The notes under the pieces were generated by a model. It did not search any database. It saw only the letters and a list, made by a program, of their open reading frames with translations, and had not been told where the DNA came from. 64,000 nt of DNA from an uncultured delta proteobacterium. GTDB lineage: Bacteria > Myxococcota_A > Polyangia > Polyangiales > Polyangiaceae. Shown here piece after piece: positions 8,754 to 17,869 of this stretch. Position 1 is the stretch's first letter; the number at the start of each line of letters is the position of its first letter. The translations under genes were made by a program, and so were the position numbers. The DNA lies in the NCBI GenBank assembly GCA_963850305.1, contig CAWKKR010000008.1, positions 1,344,001 through 1,408,000 of the forward strand. The letters run 5' to 3'.

Positions 8754-9899
8754 ATGGCACGTCCCACCGTCCCGGTGAAGCAGGGATTGGTGGACACCAT
8801 CCTCCGCGAGTACCTGAGCAAACCCACGACGCCCGGGATGCAAGCGGTGAAGCCCCCGGTCACGCGTCACGCGATGCGGCCGGGTGCCCCCGCGGCGCCG
8901 AAGCGTCCGCCCGATGGTGTGGGGCCGCCCGAACATGAGCCGGTCCGCTCGCGGCAGACGGCAGTAGCAGTGGAAGACGACGCGGGAGGGGCGCGCTACG
9001 AGGACGAGCGCCCGACGGGCCGCTGGTCGACCGAGCCCGGCAACGGTGTCCAGAACCTCGTGCGCGATCGAGGGGTGCTGGTGCGGCTCGACGGCGACGC
9101 CAGTGGTCAGGTGCTTTCCCTGCCGGAGACGCCCCTCCTCGTAGGCAGAAGCTCGCGCGCGCACGTGCACATCACGGATCCGAGCGTGAGCCGCGAGCAC
9201 GCGCGCATCGTTTCCAAGAACGGCACACACTACGTAGTCGACCAGGGGTCGCAGAACGGCACGCTCATCGGCGGCCGGCGGGTCGCACGCGCGGAGCTTC
9301 GAGACGGCGATCTCGTCCAGTTCGGGCAGCGAGCCACGTACCGGTTCTCGCTGATGGACGGGACGCAGGAGCAGATCATGCGCAGGCTCTACGACTCGAG
9401 CATGCAAGACGCGCTGACCGGGGCGGACAACCGGAGACACATGGACACGCGCCTTCATGCGGAGATTGCCTTCGCGAAGCGCCACGAGCGACCGCTGTCG
9501 TTCCTTCTCCTCGACATCGACCACTTCAAGAAGGTGAACGATCAGTACGGGCACCCAGCCGGAGACGAGGTGCTGAAGTCCGTCGCTGACGTGGTACGGG
9601 GCCAGCTCCGCACCGAGGACGCCTTCGCCCGGTACGGCGGGGAGGAATTCGCCATCGTGGTGCGCGACACGGCGTTGTCGGGGGCGGTTCACCTCGCGGA
9701 GCGAGTCCGCGAATGCATCGGTCGTACCGCCATGAACCTGGACGGCGCGAGCGCCGCCGTCACCATGAGCATCGGCTGTTCGTCACTCTCCTGCTGTCGG
9801 GAGGCGTCGACGGAGGAGCTCATCGCCGTGGCCGATCGACGGCTGTACCGGGCGAAGCGCGGGGGACGAAACCGCGTCGTGTGGACGGACGACGGCTGA
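8754..9899 (+). CDS. FHA-domain diguanylate cyclase
   Basis: FHA motifs GR..S..VSREHA..SQNGT; DALTG, DIDHFKKVND.YGH..GD, RxxD I-site (RTED), RYGGEEF. Start uncertain. Confidence 0.9.
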   Translation: MARPTVPVKQGLVDTILREYLSKPTTPGMQAVKPPVTRHAMRPGAPAAPKRPPDGVGPPEHEPVRSRQTAVAVEDDAGGARYEDERPTGRWSTEPGNGVQNLVRDRGVLVRLDGDASGQVLSLPETPLLVGRSSRAHVHITDPSVSREHARIVSKNGTHYVVDQGSQNGTLIGGRRVARAELRDGDLVQFGQRATYRFSLMDGTQEQIMRRLYDSSMQDALTGADNRRHMDTRLHAEIAFAKRHERPLSFLLLDIDHFKKVNDQYGHPAGDEVLKSVADVVRGQLRTEDAFARYGGEEFAIVVRDTALSGAVHLAERVRECIGRTAMNLDGASAAVTMSIGCSSLSCCREASTEELIAVADRRLYRAKRGGRNRVVWTDDG

Positions 9900-9954
9900 G
9901 AGAGCCCGGACTTTGCGCCCCGCTCGGGCGGAATGGTAGATCGAGGATTCGTTC

Positions 9955-11628
9955 ATGCCCGAATTCATTTTCACGATGACCGGGGTCACGCGCGTGCATC
10001 CGCCGGACAAGCGCGTCCTCGAAAACATTCACCTGGCCTTCTTCCCGGGCGCGAAGATAGGCGTGCTCGGCGTCAACGGGTCGGGGAAATCTTCCTTGAT
10101 CCGGATCATGGCCGGCGTGGACACGGAGTTCATCGGCGAGGCCCGGGCCCGCCCCGGAACGCGAATCGGCTACTTCGCTCAAGAGCCCGAGCTGTCGAAG
10201 TGGAAGACCGTGAAGGAAGCGGTCGAGGACGCCGTCGGCGAGACGCGCGCGCTCCTCACGGAGTTCGAGGAGGTGAGCACCAAGCTCGGCGAGCCCATGA
10301 GCGACGACGCGATGACGCAGCTTCTCGATCGTCAGGCAGCCCTCCAGGACAAGATCGACGCCTCCGACGCCTGGAGTCTCGACAACACGGTCGAGGTCGC
10401 GATGGACGCGCTCCGATGCCCACCCGCCGACGCCGAGATCCAGCATCTCTCGGGCGGGGAAGCGCGACGTGTGGCGCTCTGCCGCGTGCTCCTGTCGCGA
10501 CCCGACATGCTGCTCCTCGACGAGCCTACGAACCATCTCGACGCGGAGAGCGTCGCGTGGCTCGAGCGGTTCTTGCACGAGTATCCCGGCACCGTCGTCG
10601 CCGTCACTCACGACCGTTACTTCCTCGATAACGTCGCGGAGTGGATCCTCGAGCTCGATCGCGGGCGCGGGATCCCGTTCAAGGGTAACTACTCCTCGTG
10701 GCTCGACCAGAAACAATCGCGCCTCGCGGACGAAGAAAAGCAAGAGTCGGCGCGCCAGAGGAAGCTCAAGCAAGAGCTCGAATGGGTGCGGGCCTCGCCG
10801 CGCGCGCGCCAGGCCAAGAGCAAGGCGCGGCTGGCCGCCTACGAAGAGCTCGCGAGTCAGGCCGCACAGGGCCCCACCGACATCGCCGAGGTCAGCATCC
10901 CGCCCGGTCCGAGGCTCGGTGACGATGTGCTGCAGGCGAAGCACCTGAAGAAAGCCTTCGGCGAAAAGCTGCTCTTCGACGACCTGAACTTTCGCTTACC
11001 GCGAGCCGGCATCGTCGGCGTCATCGGTCCGAACGGCGCCGGCAAATCGACCCTCTTCCGCCTCATCGTCGGCGAGCAGAAGCCCGACGACGGGCAGCTC
11101 GTGCTCGGCGAATCCGTGAAGGTCGCCTACGTCGATCAGAGCCGCGCCTCGCTCGACCCCAACAAGAACGCCTGGGAAGAAATCTCCGGCGGCGAAGAGA
11201 AGATCCCCCTCGGCAAGCGCGAGATCTCGTCACGCGCCTATGCCGGGTGGTTCGGCTTCAAGAGCAGCGACCAGCAAAAGAAGGTCGGCTCCCTGTCCGG
11301 CGGCGAGCGCAATCGCGTGCATCTCGCCAAGCTCCTCCGGCAAGGCGGCAACCTCCTGCTTCTCGACGAACCTACCAACGATCTCGACGTCGACACCCTC
11401 CGCTCGCTCGAGAGCGCGCTCCTTTCATTTCCGGGCTGCGCCGTCGTCGTCAGCCACGACCGCTGGTTCCTCGATCGCATCGCGACGCACATCCTCGCCT
11501 TCGAGGGGGAGAGCCAGGTCGTCTGGTTCGAAGGCAACTACCGCGACTACGAGGAAGATCGAAAGCGCCGCCTCGGCCAGGACGCCGACCAGCCGCACCG
11601 CATCAAGTACCGGAAACTCAAGGTGTGA
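9955..11628 (+). CDS. ettA: Energy-dependent translational throttle protein EttA (ABC-F)
   Basis: [18 protein letters not shown], two ABC domains, linker [18 protein letters not shown]-terminal PHRIKYRKL. Confidence 0.95.
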   Translation: MPEFIFTMTGVTRVHPPDKRVLENIHLAFFPGAKIGVLGVNGSGKSSLIRIMAGVDTEFIGEARARPGTRIGYFAQEPELSKWKTVKEAVEDAVGETRALLTEFEEVSTKLGEPMSDDAMTQLLDRQAALQDKIDASDAWSLDNTVEVAMDALRCPPADAEIQHLSGGEARRVALCRVLLSRPDMLLLDEPTNHLDAESVAWLERFLHEYPGTVVAVTHDRYFLDNVAEWILELDRGRGIPFKGNYSSWLDQKQSRLADEEKQESARQRKLKQELEWVRASPRARQAKSKARLAAYEELASQAAQGPTDIAEVSIPPGPRLGDDVLQAKHLKKAFGEKLLFDDLNFRLPRAGIVGVIGPNGAGKSTLFRLIVGEQKPDDGQLVLGESVKVAYVDQSRASLDPNKNAWEEISGGEEKIPLGKREISSRAYAGWFGFKSSDQQKKVGSLSGGERNRVHLAKLLRQGGNLLLLDEPTNDLDVDTLRSLESALLSFPGCAVVVSHDRWFLDRIATHILAFEGESQVVWFEGNYRDYEEDRKRRLGQDADQPHRIKYRKLKV

Positions 11629-11684
11629 TCCGGGCGCCCGCGCGTCTCACGGCGCGATCATGAACGATCGCGCCATGTTCCGCG

Positions 11685-11754
11685 ATGATGTCGCCGAGGA
11701 CGGAGGCATCCGCGGCGAGGACGCGCATGATCTCGCCGAGGACGGAGGCATCCG
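11685..11754. repeat. Two 28-bp direct repeats (42-bp period)
   Basis: ATGATGTCGCCGAGGACGGAGGCATCCG at 11685 and ATGATCTCGCCGAGGACGGAGGCATCCG at 11727; hairpin GGCGCGATC...GATCGCGCC at 11651-11674. Confidence 0.75.
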
Positions 11755-11854
11755 TGAGTCGAACCAGGAATCCGCGCGCGCGAAGAATCTGCGATGCTCG
11801 TCGTCGATAACACGGTCAGAGGGGTCCTTCGCATGAGGATCGAGATAACTCGGG

Positions 11855-13435
11855 ATGAACACGGTCAGTCGCAAACACCACCGGCTTGAACTTTCGGCGG
11901 TGGCGGCCTCGGCGATCGGTTACGTCGCTCTTTCGTTATGGTTTACCCGCAAGGGAACCGTCCCTTCGCCGGATGGGCTCGAATACGCCGAGGTGGCGCG
12001 GAGCCTCGTGCAGGGGCACGGGTATACAATCGATCTCGTAGAGATCCATGCTGGGTTACTCAAGGCAATACGGCACCTTCATGAGCTTCATGGGCTTCTG
12101 CACCCCGTCGTCCTGGCCGCACTGTTCAAGCTCTGGGGACCCCATTTGGAACTGGTGCGTATCCCCGGCATCTACGCCGTAGCGGCTCTGGCCGTTGCAA
12201 CCTATGCCACCGCCCGATCGCTCTTTGGTCCCGCCGCGGGCGCCATCGCCGGCGCGCTGGTTCTGATTCGCCAGGAGCTGACTCTCGACGGCGTCCTGGG
12301 CGGGGATGACGTTGGCTGGGCGCTCTTCTCCACCCTGGCTTTTCTGTGCTTCCTGAAAGCGATCGAGTGCGGCAAGAGTCGATGGTGCTTGCTTTCGGGG
12401 CTGGCCGCCGCCCTGGCGACGCTGGAGAAGTTTTCCGGCTTCGTTCTACCGGCAGCGTTCGGCGTCGTGCTGCTCGCTCTTCCTCGCGTGCGTTCGGTCG
12501 TCGGATGGAGTGGCTGGGGACGTATAGCCGTACCAGTCGGTCTCGCCGCGGCTCTGTACGTGTCGAGGAACTACCTCTTGTCCGGGAGTCTCGCGTTTCG
12601 GTTCAGTGCCCTCGACTGGTTGGCGAAGGAGAGTCCCCAAGCATACTTTGCTTACTACGACGCACCGCCGTCGCTGTACCACGTATGGAGTTCCATGGGG
12701 CTCTCTCGGGTGCTCGAGCTGACGGCGCACCAGTTCCGGATCTTCCTGGGCGTCGTCCGCGACGAGCCCTTCGCGCTGCTCGGCGGGCCCCTTTCTTTGT
12801 TCTACTACATCCGCAAAAGCGCGACACTCTCGTGGTTCGGCCTTTCGTATACTGCAATAACTCTTCTTCTCGTCTGCTTTTTCTACCATGTAGAGGTACG
12901 TTATCTATTTGCGCTCTACCCAATATACTTCGTGGCTCTCTCGGGGCTTTTACTTTCAATCTATAGACAAACCCTCGTCCTTCTGCCCGGGAAGGTGGAA
13001 CCGCTCTGCAAGGCAGTCGCGCTCGTCGTCGGTTCCGCGCTGTTCGTGACTGGCTTCTGCAGGGTCGCTGCCGTGGAGCGGTCGGTGGGCGCCGTCGCTT
13101 CGAAGAAGGGGCCCTGCGAAGATGCGATGGATTTCCTCCGCACGCATGTTGGTCCGGGTGAATCCATCTTGACCTCGAGTCCGTGGCTCGTCGCCTGGGC
13201 CACCGGGCGCGCGGCGGTAAATGCGCCAACGAACGGACCGGACGCGCTCCTCACCGTTACGAACCACTACGAGGTTAGCTGGGTCGTCGACGGACTCCCG
13301 AGTTACGCGACTGCGGATATGAGTCAGGTGCTTCGACAGTTGAGGCACCTGGGCGCATCGGTTCGGGTACAAACGGTGCACCGCGCGGCAGAGTGCTCGG
13401 TTGACCGACTGCGCCGGCTCGGTCCTCGGCACTGA
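11855..13435 (+). CDS. GT-C fold (ArnT/PMT, GT39/83-like) membrane glycosyltransferase
   Basis: Polytopic membrane protein; PDGLEYAEVARSLVQGHG first loop; GLAAALATLEK and EVRYLFALYP motifs. Confidence 0.75.
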   Translation: MNTVSRKHHRLELSAVAASAIGYVALSLWFTRKGTVPSPDGLEYAEVARSLVQGHGYTIDLVEIHAGLLKAIRHLHELHGLLHPVVLAALFKLWGPHLELVRIPGIYAVAALAVATYATARSLFGPAAGAIAGALVLIRQELTLDGVLGGDDVGWALFSTLAFLCFLKAIECGKSRWCLLSGLAAALATLEKFSGFVLPAAFGVVLLALPRVRSVVGWSGWGRIAVPVGLAAALYVSRNYLLSGSLAFRFSALDWLAKESPQAYFAYYDAPPSLYHVWSSMGLSRVLELTAHQFRIFLGVVRDEPFALLGGPLSLFYYIRKSATLSWFGLSYTAITLLLVCFFYHVEVRYLFALYPIYFVALSGLLLSIYRQTLVLLPGKVEPLCKAVALVVGSALFVTGFCRVAAVERSVGAVASKKGPCEDAMDFLRTHVGPGESILTSSPWLVAWATGRAAVNAPTNGPDALLTVTNHYEVSWVVDGLPSYATADMSQVLRQLRHLGASVRVQTVHRAAECSVDRLRRLGPRH

Positions 13436-13468
13436 GGCTCGGCGGACGGCTGGCTCGATCCCCCGCGG

Positions 13469-14476
13469 TCAGCTCCCGTGCGTCTCTCGCGCCGTCGCTA
13501 TCCCGCACGCGTCGCGCGCGTCGGCCATCACTCCGCGCGCCACGGTGCGCGCGCGCCTGGCCCCCTCCACGAGCACGTCCTCGATGAACGCGTCGTCGCT
13601 CGCCAGCGAGCGCCTCTTCTCGCGGAACGGGCCGAACCTCTCGTCGTAGGCGGCGTGCAGGCGCTTCTTCAGCTCGCCGTAGCCCACGCCGCCCGTCCCG
13701 TACACGGGCTCGAACTCCGCGGCCTTCGCGGGCGCGAGGAGGCGATAGAGCGTCATCAAGGTGTCGTTCGGATCTTTCGGATCCTCGACGCCCTTGCTGT
13801 CGGTCTTGATGGACGCGAAGTACGTCTTCCACGCCTGCTTGTCGGTCATGCCGTCGGGCAAGAAGATCGGGATGGTATTGTCGTAGCTCTTGCTCATCTT
13901 CTCGCCGTCGATGCCTGGGACCTTCGCGCCGACGGAGAAGCGCCACTCGGGTCGCACGAAGACCTCGCGCCCGAACGCGGCGTTGAAGCTCCCCGCCATG
14001 TCTTGCGCCATCTCGACGTGCTGTTGCTGGTCTCTCCCGACCGGCACGAGCGTGCTTCGACAGATGAGGATGTCGGCCGCCATGAGTAACGGATAATTGA
14101 AGAGCCCCATCGACGCCTCGATCCCCCGGGCGATCTTGTCCTTGTAGCTCGTGGCGCGCTCGAGGAGCCCCTTGCCGACGACGCACGAGAGGAGCCACGC
14201 GAGCTCCGTCACCTCGGGAACGTCGCTCTGGCGATAGAAGGTGGCCTTGCCCGGATCGAGGCCGAGCGCGAGGTAATCGAGCGCGACGTCGCGCGTCAGG
14301 GTGCGGAGACGCGCGGCGTCCTGCAACGTGGTGAGCGAGTGATAGTTCGCGATGAAATAAAAGGCCCGATCGGCGCCTCCCGCCGTCTCCTGGAGCTCGA
14401 CGTGCTGCTGGATCGCGCCGAAGTAGTTGCCGAGATGGAGCGTGCCGCTCGGTTGAATTCCGGACAGGATGCGCAT
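13469..14476 (-). CDS. trpS: Tryptophan--tRNA ligase
   Basis: SGIQPSGTLHLGNY (HIGH-like), YPLLMAADIL, VPVGRDQ, KMSKSY. Confidence 0.97.
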   Translation of the reverse strand: MRILSGIQPSGTLHLGNYFGAIQQHVELQETAGGADRAFYFIANYHSLTTLQDAARLRTLTRDVALDYLALGLDPGKATFYRQSDVPEVTELAWLLSCVVGKGLLERATSYKDKIARGIEASMGLFNYPLLMAADILICRSTLVPVGRDQQQHVEMAQDMAGSFNAAFGREVFVRPEWRFSVGAKVPGIDGEKMSKSYDNTIPIFLPDGMTDKQAWKTYFASIKTDSKGVEDPKDPNDTLMTLYRLLAPAKAAEFEPVYGTGGVGYGELKKRLHAAYDERFGPFREKRRSLASDDAFIEDVLVEGARRARTVARGVMADARDACGIATARETHGS

Positions 14477-14527
14477 CGGTGAAGGCTAGTGATAGTCGAC
14501 AATCTCTACGTCAGGGGCGGGCAAAGC

Positions 14528-14962
14528 TCAGGTATTGGGGGGAGTGGCGTCGAGGGCGCACGCGACGAATTCGGCGAAGGCTCGCAGGTCACGGGTTTCG
14601 TGGAGCGCGGCGTGGACGCGATCGTAGTCGACGATGGGGTAGAAGTGGGCGAGGACGTTGCGAAGGCCGGCCCATCCCGCGAGTCGTTCGGCGAGCGCGG
14701 GGTCTAGAGCGCCGGACGTTCCGAGCCTTCGGAAGGCGTCCCCGTAGCTGCCGCTCTGAGGCACGAGCGTATCGGCACCGATGTGGAGCGCCAGGTCCAC
14801 GCTCGCTTGCACGGCAAGATACAGAGCGTGCAGCACGAGATGCTGAGTGTCGCGATCAGTACGGAGCTGCGCCAGCGTGATTCGATCGCGATATCTGTCG
14901 AGGTCCGAGAGGTTGTCGAGCAGAACGCCGAGCAGCCGCCTCACGGCGTCGGGGCGGACCAT
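14528..14962 (-). CDS. HepT-like HEPN RNase toxin (DUF86)
   Basis: Starts MVRPDAVRRLL (TGATG overlap); HEPN Rx4HxY motif RNVLAHFY; QASVDLALHI. Confidence 0.88.
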   Translation of the reverse strand: MVRPDAVRRLLGVLLDNLSDLDRYRDRITLAQLRTDRDTQHLVLHALYLAVQASVDLALHIGADTLVPQSGSYGDAFRRLGTSGALDPALAERLAGWAGLRNVLAHFYPIVDYDRVHAALHETRDLRAFAEFVACALDATPPNT

Positions 14963-15405
14963 CAGCGAGCGCGCTCGCGAAGAGCTTCGAGACGGAGCGC
15001 TTCGCCACGCTGGATCCAGGGCTCGAGGTCGAGCCAGATGCGCGTGACGTGAATCTCCCACTCTCGGCGCGCCAAGGGCTCCCGATCGAACAGGAGGATG
15101 CCTTCGCGGACGGCCATACCGCGCACCGCCGGCGCAGCGGATCCGAGATCGACGACGTCGATGCGGATGTCGGGAACCGCGCTCTCGAGGGCGGATACGA
15201 GCGACCCGAAGCGCACCGCGCCCCGGCCCTGCACCGGATCGAGCACGACTCCGACGTCGAGATCGCGGAAGGGTTCTCCTCGAGCGGCGGACCCGAACAG
15301 GTACGCCCACCGCACGGCAGCATCTTCGGACAGGGCGCTGCGGAGCCGCGGAAGCGCAGCGTGGCGCGCCGTCGCCGGGTGGAGCCCGTGAGGTCCCGCG
15401 TCCAT
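14962..15405 (-). CDS. MntA-like minimal nucleotidyltransferase antitoxin
   Basis: AYLFGSAARGEPFRDLDVGV (GS...DxD); IDVVDL; adjacent to the HEPN gene. Confidence 0.88.
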   Translation of the reverse strand: MDAGPHGLHPATARHAALPRLRSALSEDAAVRWAYLFGSAARGEPFRDLDVGVVLDPVQGRGAVRFGSLVSALESAVPDIRIDVVDLGSAAPAVRGMAVREGILLFDREPLARREWEIHVTRIWLDLEPWIQRGEALRLEALRERAR

Positions 15406-15457
15406 CCGTGAAGGATAGCCGGCAACGGCGCACGACGCCACGGACGCCGCGGGGCCG

Positions 15458-16132
15458 CTAACCGCCCTCCTCCATCCTGAGTCTTCCGCCGTCGAGCCGA
15501 AGCACGCGGTCCGCCATTCTCTCGGCAAGCTCGCGCTGGTGAGTGACGAGAACGACGGTGACGCGGCCGCGGGTGAGGTCGGTGATGGTGTCGGCCACGC
15601 CAATCGTGGTCGCGGTGTCGAGGGCGCTCGTGGGTTCGTCGAGGAGAAGGACCTTCGGGTCGTGAGCGAGCGCGCGCACGATGGCGATGCGCTGCTTCTG
15701 TCCCCCGGAGAGCTCGTGCGGGTAAGCGGCAGCACGGTCGGCCAGACCGACGCGTTCGAGGAGAGCTCGCGCAGTTTGGTCGGCAGCGTCGGGGTGTTGC
15801 TTGCGCACGACCCGGGGGGCCAGGGTGATGTTCTCGAGCACGGTCAGGTGGGAGAAGAGATGAAGCTCCTGGAAGACCAGGCCGACGGTCGCCCGGAGAG
15901 CGGCGAGCTCTCGTGACGCCAGCGTGCGGTTCGACGCGAGCTCGAATCCGGCGATTGAGAGGGTTCCCGCGTCGAAAGGCTCGAGCGCGTTCAGACAGCG
16001 GAGCAGCGTGGTCTTGCCGCCACCGGACGCGCCGACGATGGCGACGGTTTCGCCCGCGGCGATCTCCGCCGTGACGCCGTCGAGCGCGACGCGGCCCGCG
16101 TGCGCCTTACACAGGTTCCGGATGCTGATCAT
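15458..16132 (-). CDS. Polar amino acid ABC transporter ATP-binding protein
   Basis: GASGGGKTT, LSGGQKQR, LLLDEPTSALD. Confidence 0.93.
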   Translation of the reverse strand: MISIRNLCKAHAGRVALDGVTAEIAAGETVAIVGASGGGKTTLLRCLNALEPFDAGTLSIAGFELASNRTLASRELAALRATVGLVFQELHLFSHLTVLENITLAPRVVRKQHPDAADQTARALLERVGLADRAAAYPHELSGGQKQRIAIVRALAHDPKVLLLDEPTSALDTATTIGVADTITDLTRGRVTVVLVTHQRELAERMADRVLRLDGGRLRMEEGG

Positions 16133-17588
16133 GCCGAAGCCTTTTCTCGAGGCGGGACGCGAGGCGCGCCAGCGGGTAGCTGACCGCGAAATAGAGTGCG
16201 GCGCAGGCGAGTCCCGGGATGAGCCAGCCGTGAAGTTCCACGGCGGTGATCGTCATGCGCTTGGTCAGCTCCACCACCGTGATGACGCTGACCAGCGAAG
16301 AGTCTTTCAGCAGCGCGACGAAGTCGTTCGTCATGGCGGGGAGCGCGATGCGGAAGGATTGTGGCAAGAGGACATGCACGAGGGTCTGCCAGCGGTCGAG
16401 GCCGAGAGAGCGAGCGGCTTCCGTCTGGCCACGGGGTACGGCGAGGAGCGCGCCGCGGTGAATTTCGGCCTCGTACGCGGCGTAATTGAGTGACAGTCCG
16501 AGGACGGCCGCGGGCAGCGGTCCGAGTCGGATGATGGGGGCAAGGCCGTAATAGAGGACGTAGAGCTGGAGCAAGAGTGGCGTCCCCCGGAAGACCTCGA
16601 CGTAGGCCGACGCAATCCAGCGGGGCAATTGCCGGCGGTCGAGGCGCGCCAGGGCCAGGCCGAGCCCGACGGGTAGCGCGAGCAAGAATGCCGCGAGCGA
16701 CAGGAACACGGTGACGAGCGCGCCGGCGAGGAAGAGCCGCGTGTCCGCGAAAGACCAGTGCCGGACCTGGTCCGGCGAAGGCGTCTTCGACGCGGCGACC
16801 GATCCGACGGATTTCGACAGCTCGACTTGCCGGAAGTCCCAGAGCTTCCAGTGTTCGAGGATGCGGCGGAGCTCGACGTCCGTTCGCATGTCGGTCAGGG
16901 CGGTGTCGATCGCGGCCTTCAGCCGCTCGTCGCCGCGCCGCATGCCGATGATGTAAGAGCCGCGCGCGACGTCGCCAGGGACGCATTCCAGGTCCGGGCG
17001 CGGGCATCCGTAACGATCGGCGATGATGTGATCCAGGAGCACCGCGCTCAGGCGGCCAAGCTCGAGATCCGTGTAGGGTTCGGACACACCCTCATAGAGG
17101 ACGGTCTCGACGCCGCGCGTGCGGAGGAGGTCGTACGCGTAGGATTGATTGAGCGTACCGACGCGTTCGCCGCGGAGCGCATCGAGGGTGCGATGGGCGG
17201 CGCCGCGCCGCACCGCGAGCGTCTCGCCAAAGGCGAAGTAGGGAAGCGATACGAGGATCCGCTCCCGACGTTCCGGCGTGTCCTCGAGTCCGTTCATGGC
17301 AACATCGAAGTCGCCCCGCTCGAGTCCCGGGACGAGATTCGACCAGTCCGCTTGCGCGAACCGGGCATGAACCCCGAGATGCCGCGCGAGGGCATCCGCG
17401 ATATCCACCTCGAACCCGACCAGGTGATGGTCCTTCGGGTCTTCGAAGGCGTACGGCTCGCCGCCCTGCATGTCTCCGCCCCAGACGAGCTCACCGCGCG
17501 TCTCGATTGCCGTCAACGTGTCCGCGGGCTCCGGTCCGCGCGCCGGGTTCGGCAGCGACGTCAACGCAAGGAGCACGAATGGCCACAC
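16107..17588 (-). CDS. Amino acid ABC transporter fused substrate-binding protein/permease
   Basis: SBP family 3 N-terminus (GFEVDIA, GDFDVAMNG) plus HisM-type permease (FRGTPLLLQL, GQTEAARSLG, LLKDSSL). Confidence 0.92.
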   Translation of the reverse strand: MWPFVLLALTSLPNPARGPEPADTLTAIETRGELVWGGDMQGGEPYAFEDPKDHHLVGFEVDIADALARHLGVHARFAQADWSNLVPGLERGDFDVAMNGLEDTPERRERILVSLPYFAFGETLAVRRGAAHRTLDALRGERVGTLNQSYAYDLLRTRGVETVLYEGVSEPYTDLELGRLSAVLLDHIIADRYGCPRPDLECVPGDVARGSYIIGMRRGDERLKAAIDTALTDMRTDVELRRILEHWKLWDFRQVELSKSVGSVAASKTPSPDQVRHWSFADTRLFLAGALVTVFLSLAAFLLALPVGLGLALARLDRRQLPRWIASAYVEVFRGTPLLLQLYVLYYGLAPIIRLGPLPAAVLGLSLNYAAYEAEIHRGALLAVPRGQTEAARSLGLDRWQTLVHVLLPQSFRIALPAMTNDFVALLKDSSLVSVITVVELTKRMTITAVELHGWLIPGLACAALYFAVSYPLARLASRLEKRLRHDQHPEPV

Positions 17589-17640
17589 GACGGCATCATC
17601 ACGGGCTCACGCCGCGCGCGGCAAGGGACTCGGTCAGTAC

Positions 17641-17866
17641 GCGAGCGAAGCGAGCCCGCCGAAGGCGGCGGGGGGAGCGGTCGCGAAGCGAGCCGCGGGG
17701 GGCTAAGGCCCCCCCGGGACCCAAGGGAGCGGTCGCGAAGCGAGCCGCGGGGGCTAAGGCCCCCCGGGACCCAAGGGAGCGGTCGCGAAGCGAGCCGCGG
17801 GGGGCTAAGGCCCCCCGGGACCCAAGGGAGCTGTCGCGAAGCGAGCCGCGGGGGGCAAGGCCCCCC
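17641..17866. repeat. Second REP-like array, same family as 1-490 in opposite orientation; ~51-bp units x 4
   Basis: GGGAGCGGTCGCGAAGCGAGCCGCGGGGG at 17673, 17725, 17775 and 17826 (last with one mismatch). 17641-17700 is the near reverse complement of the unit at 264-323. Confidence 0.9.
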
Positions 17867-17869
17867 TTC

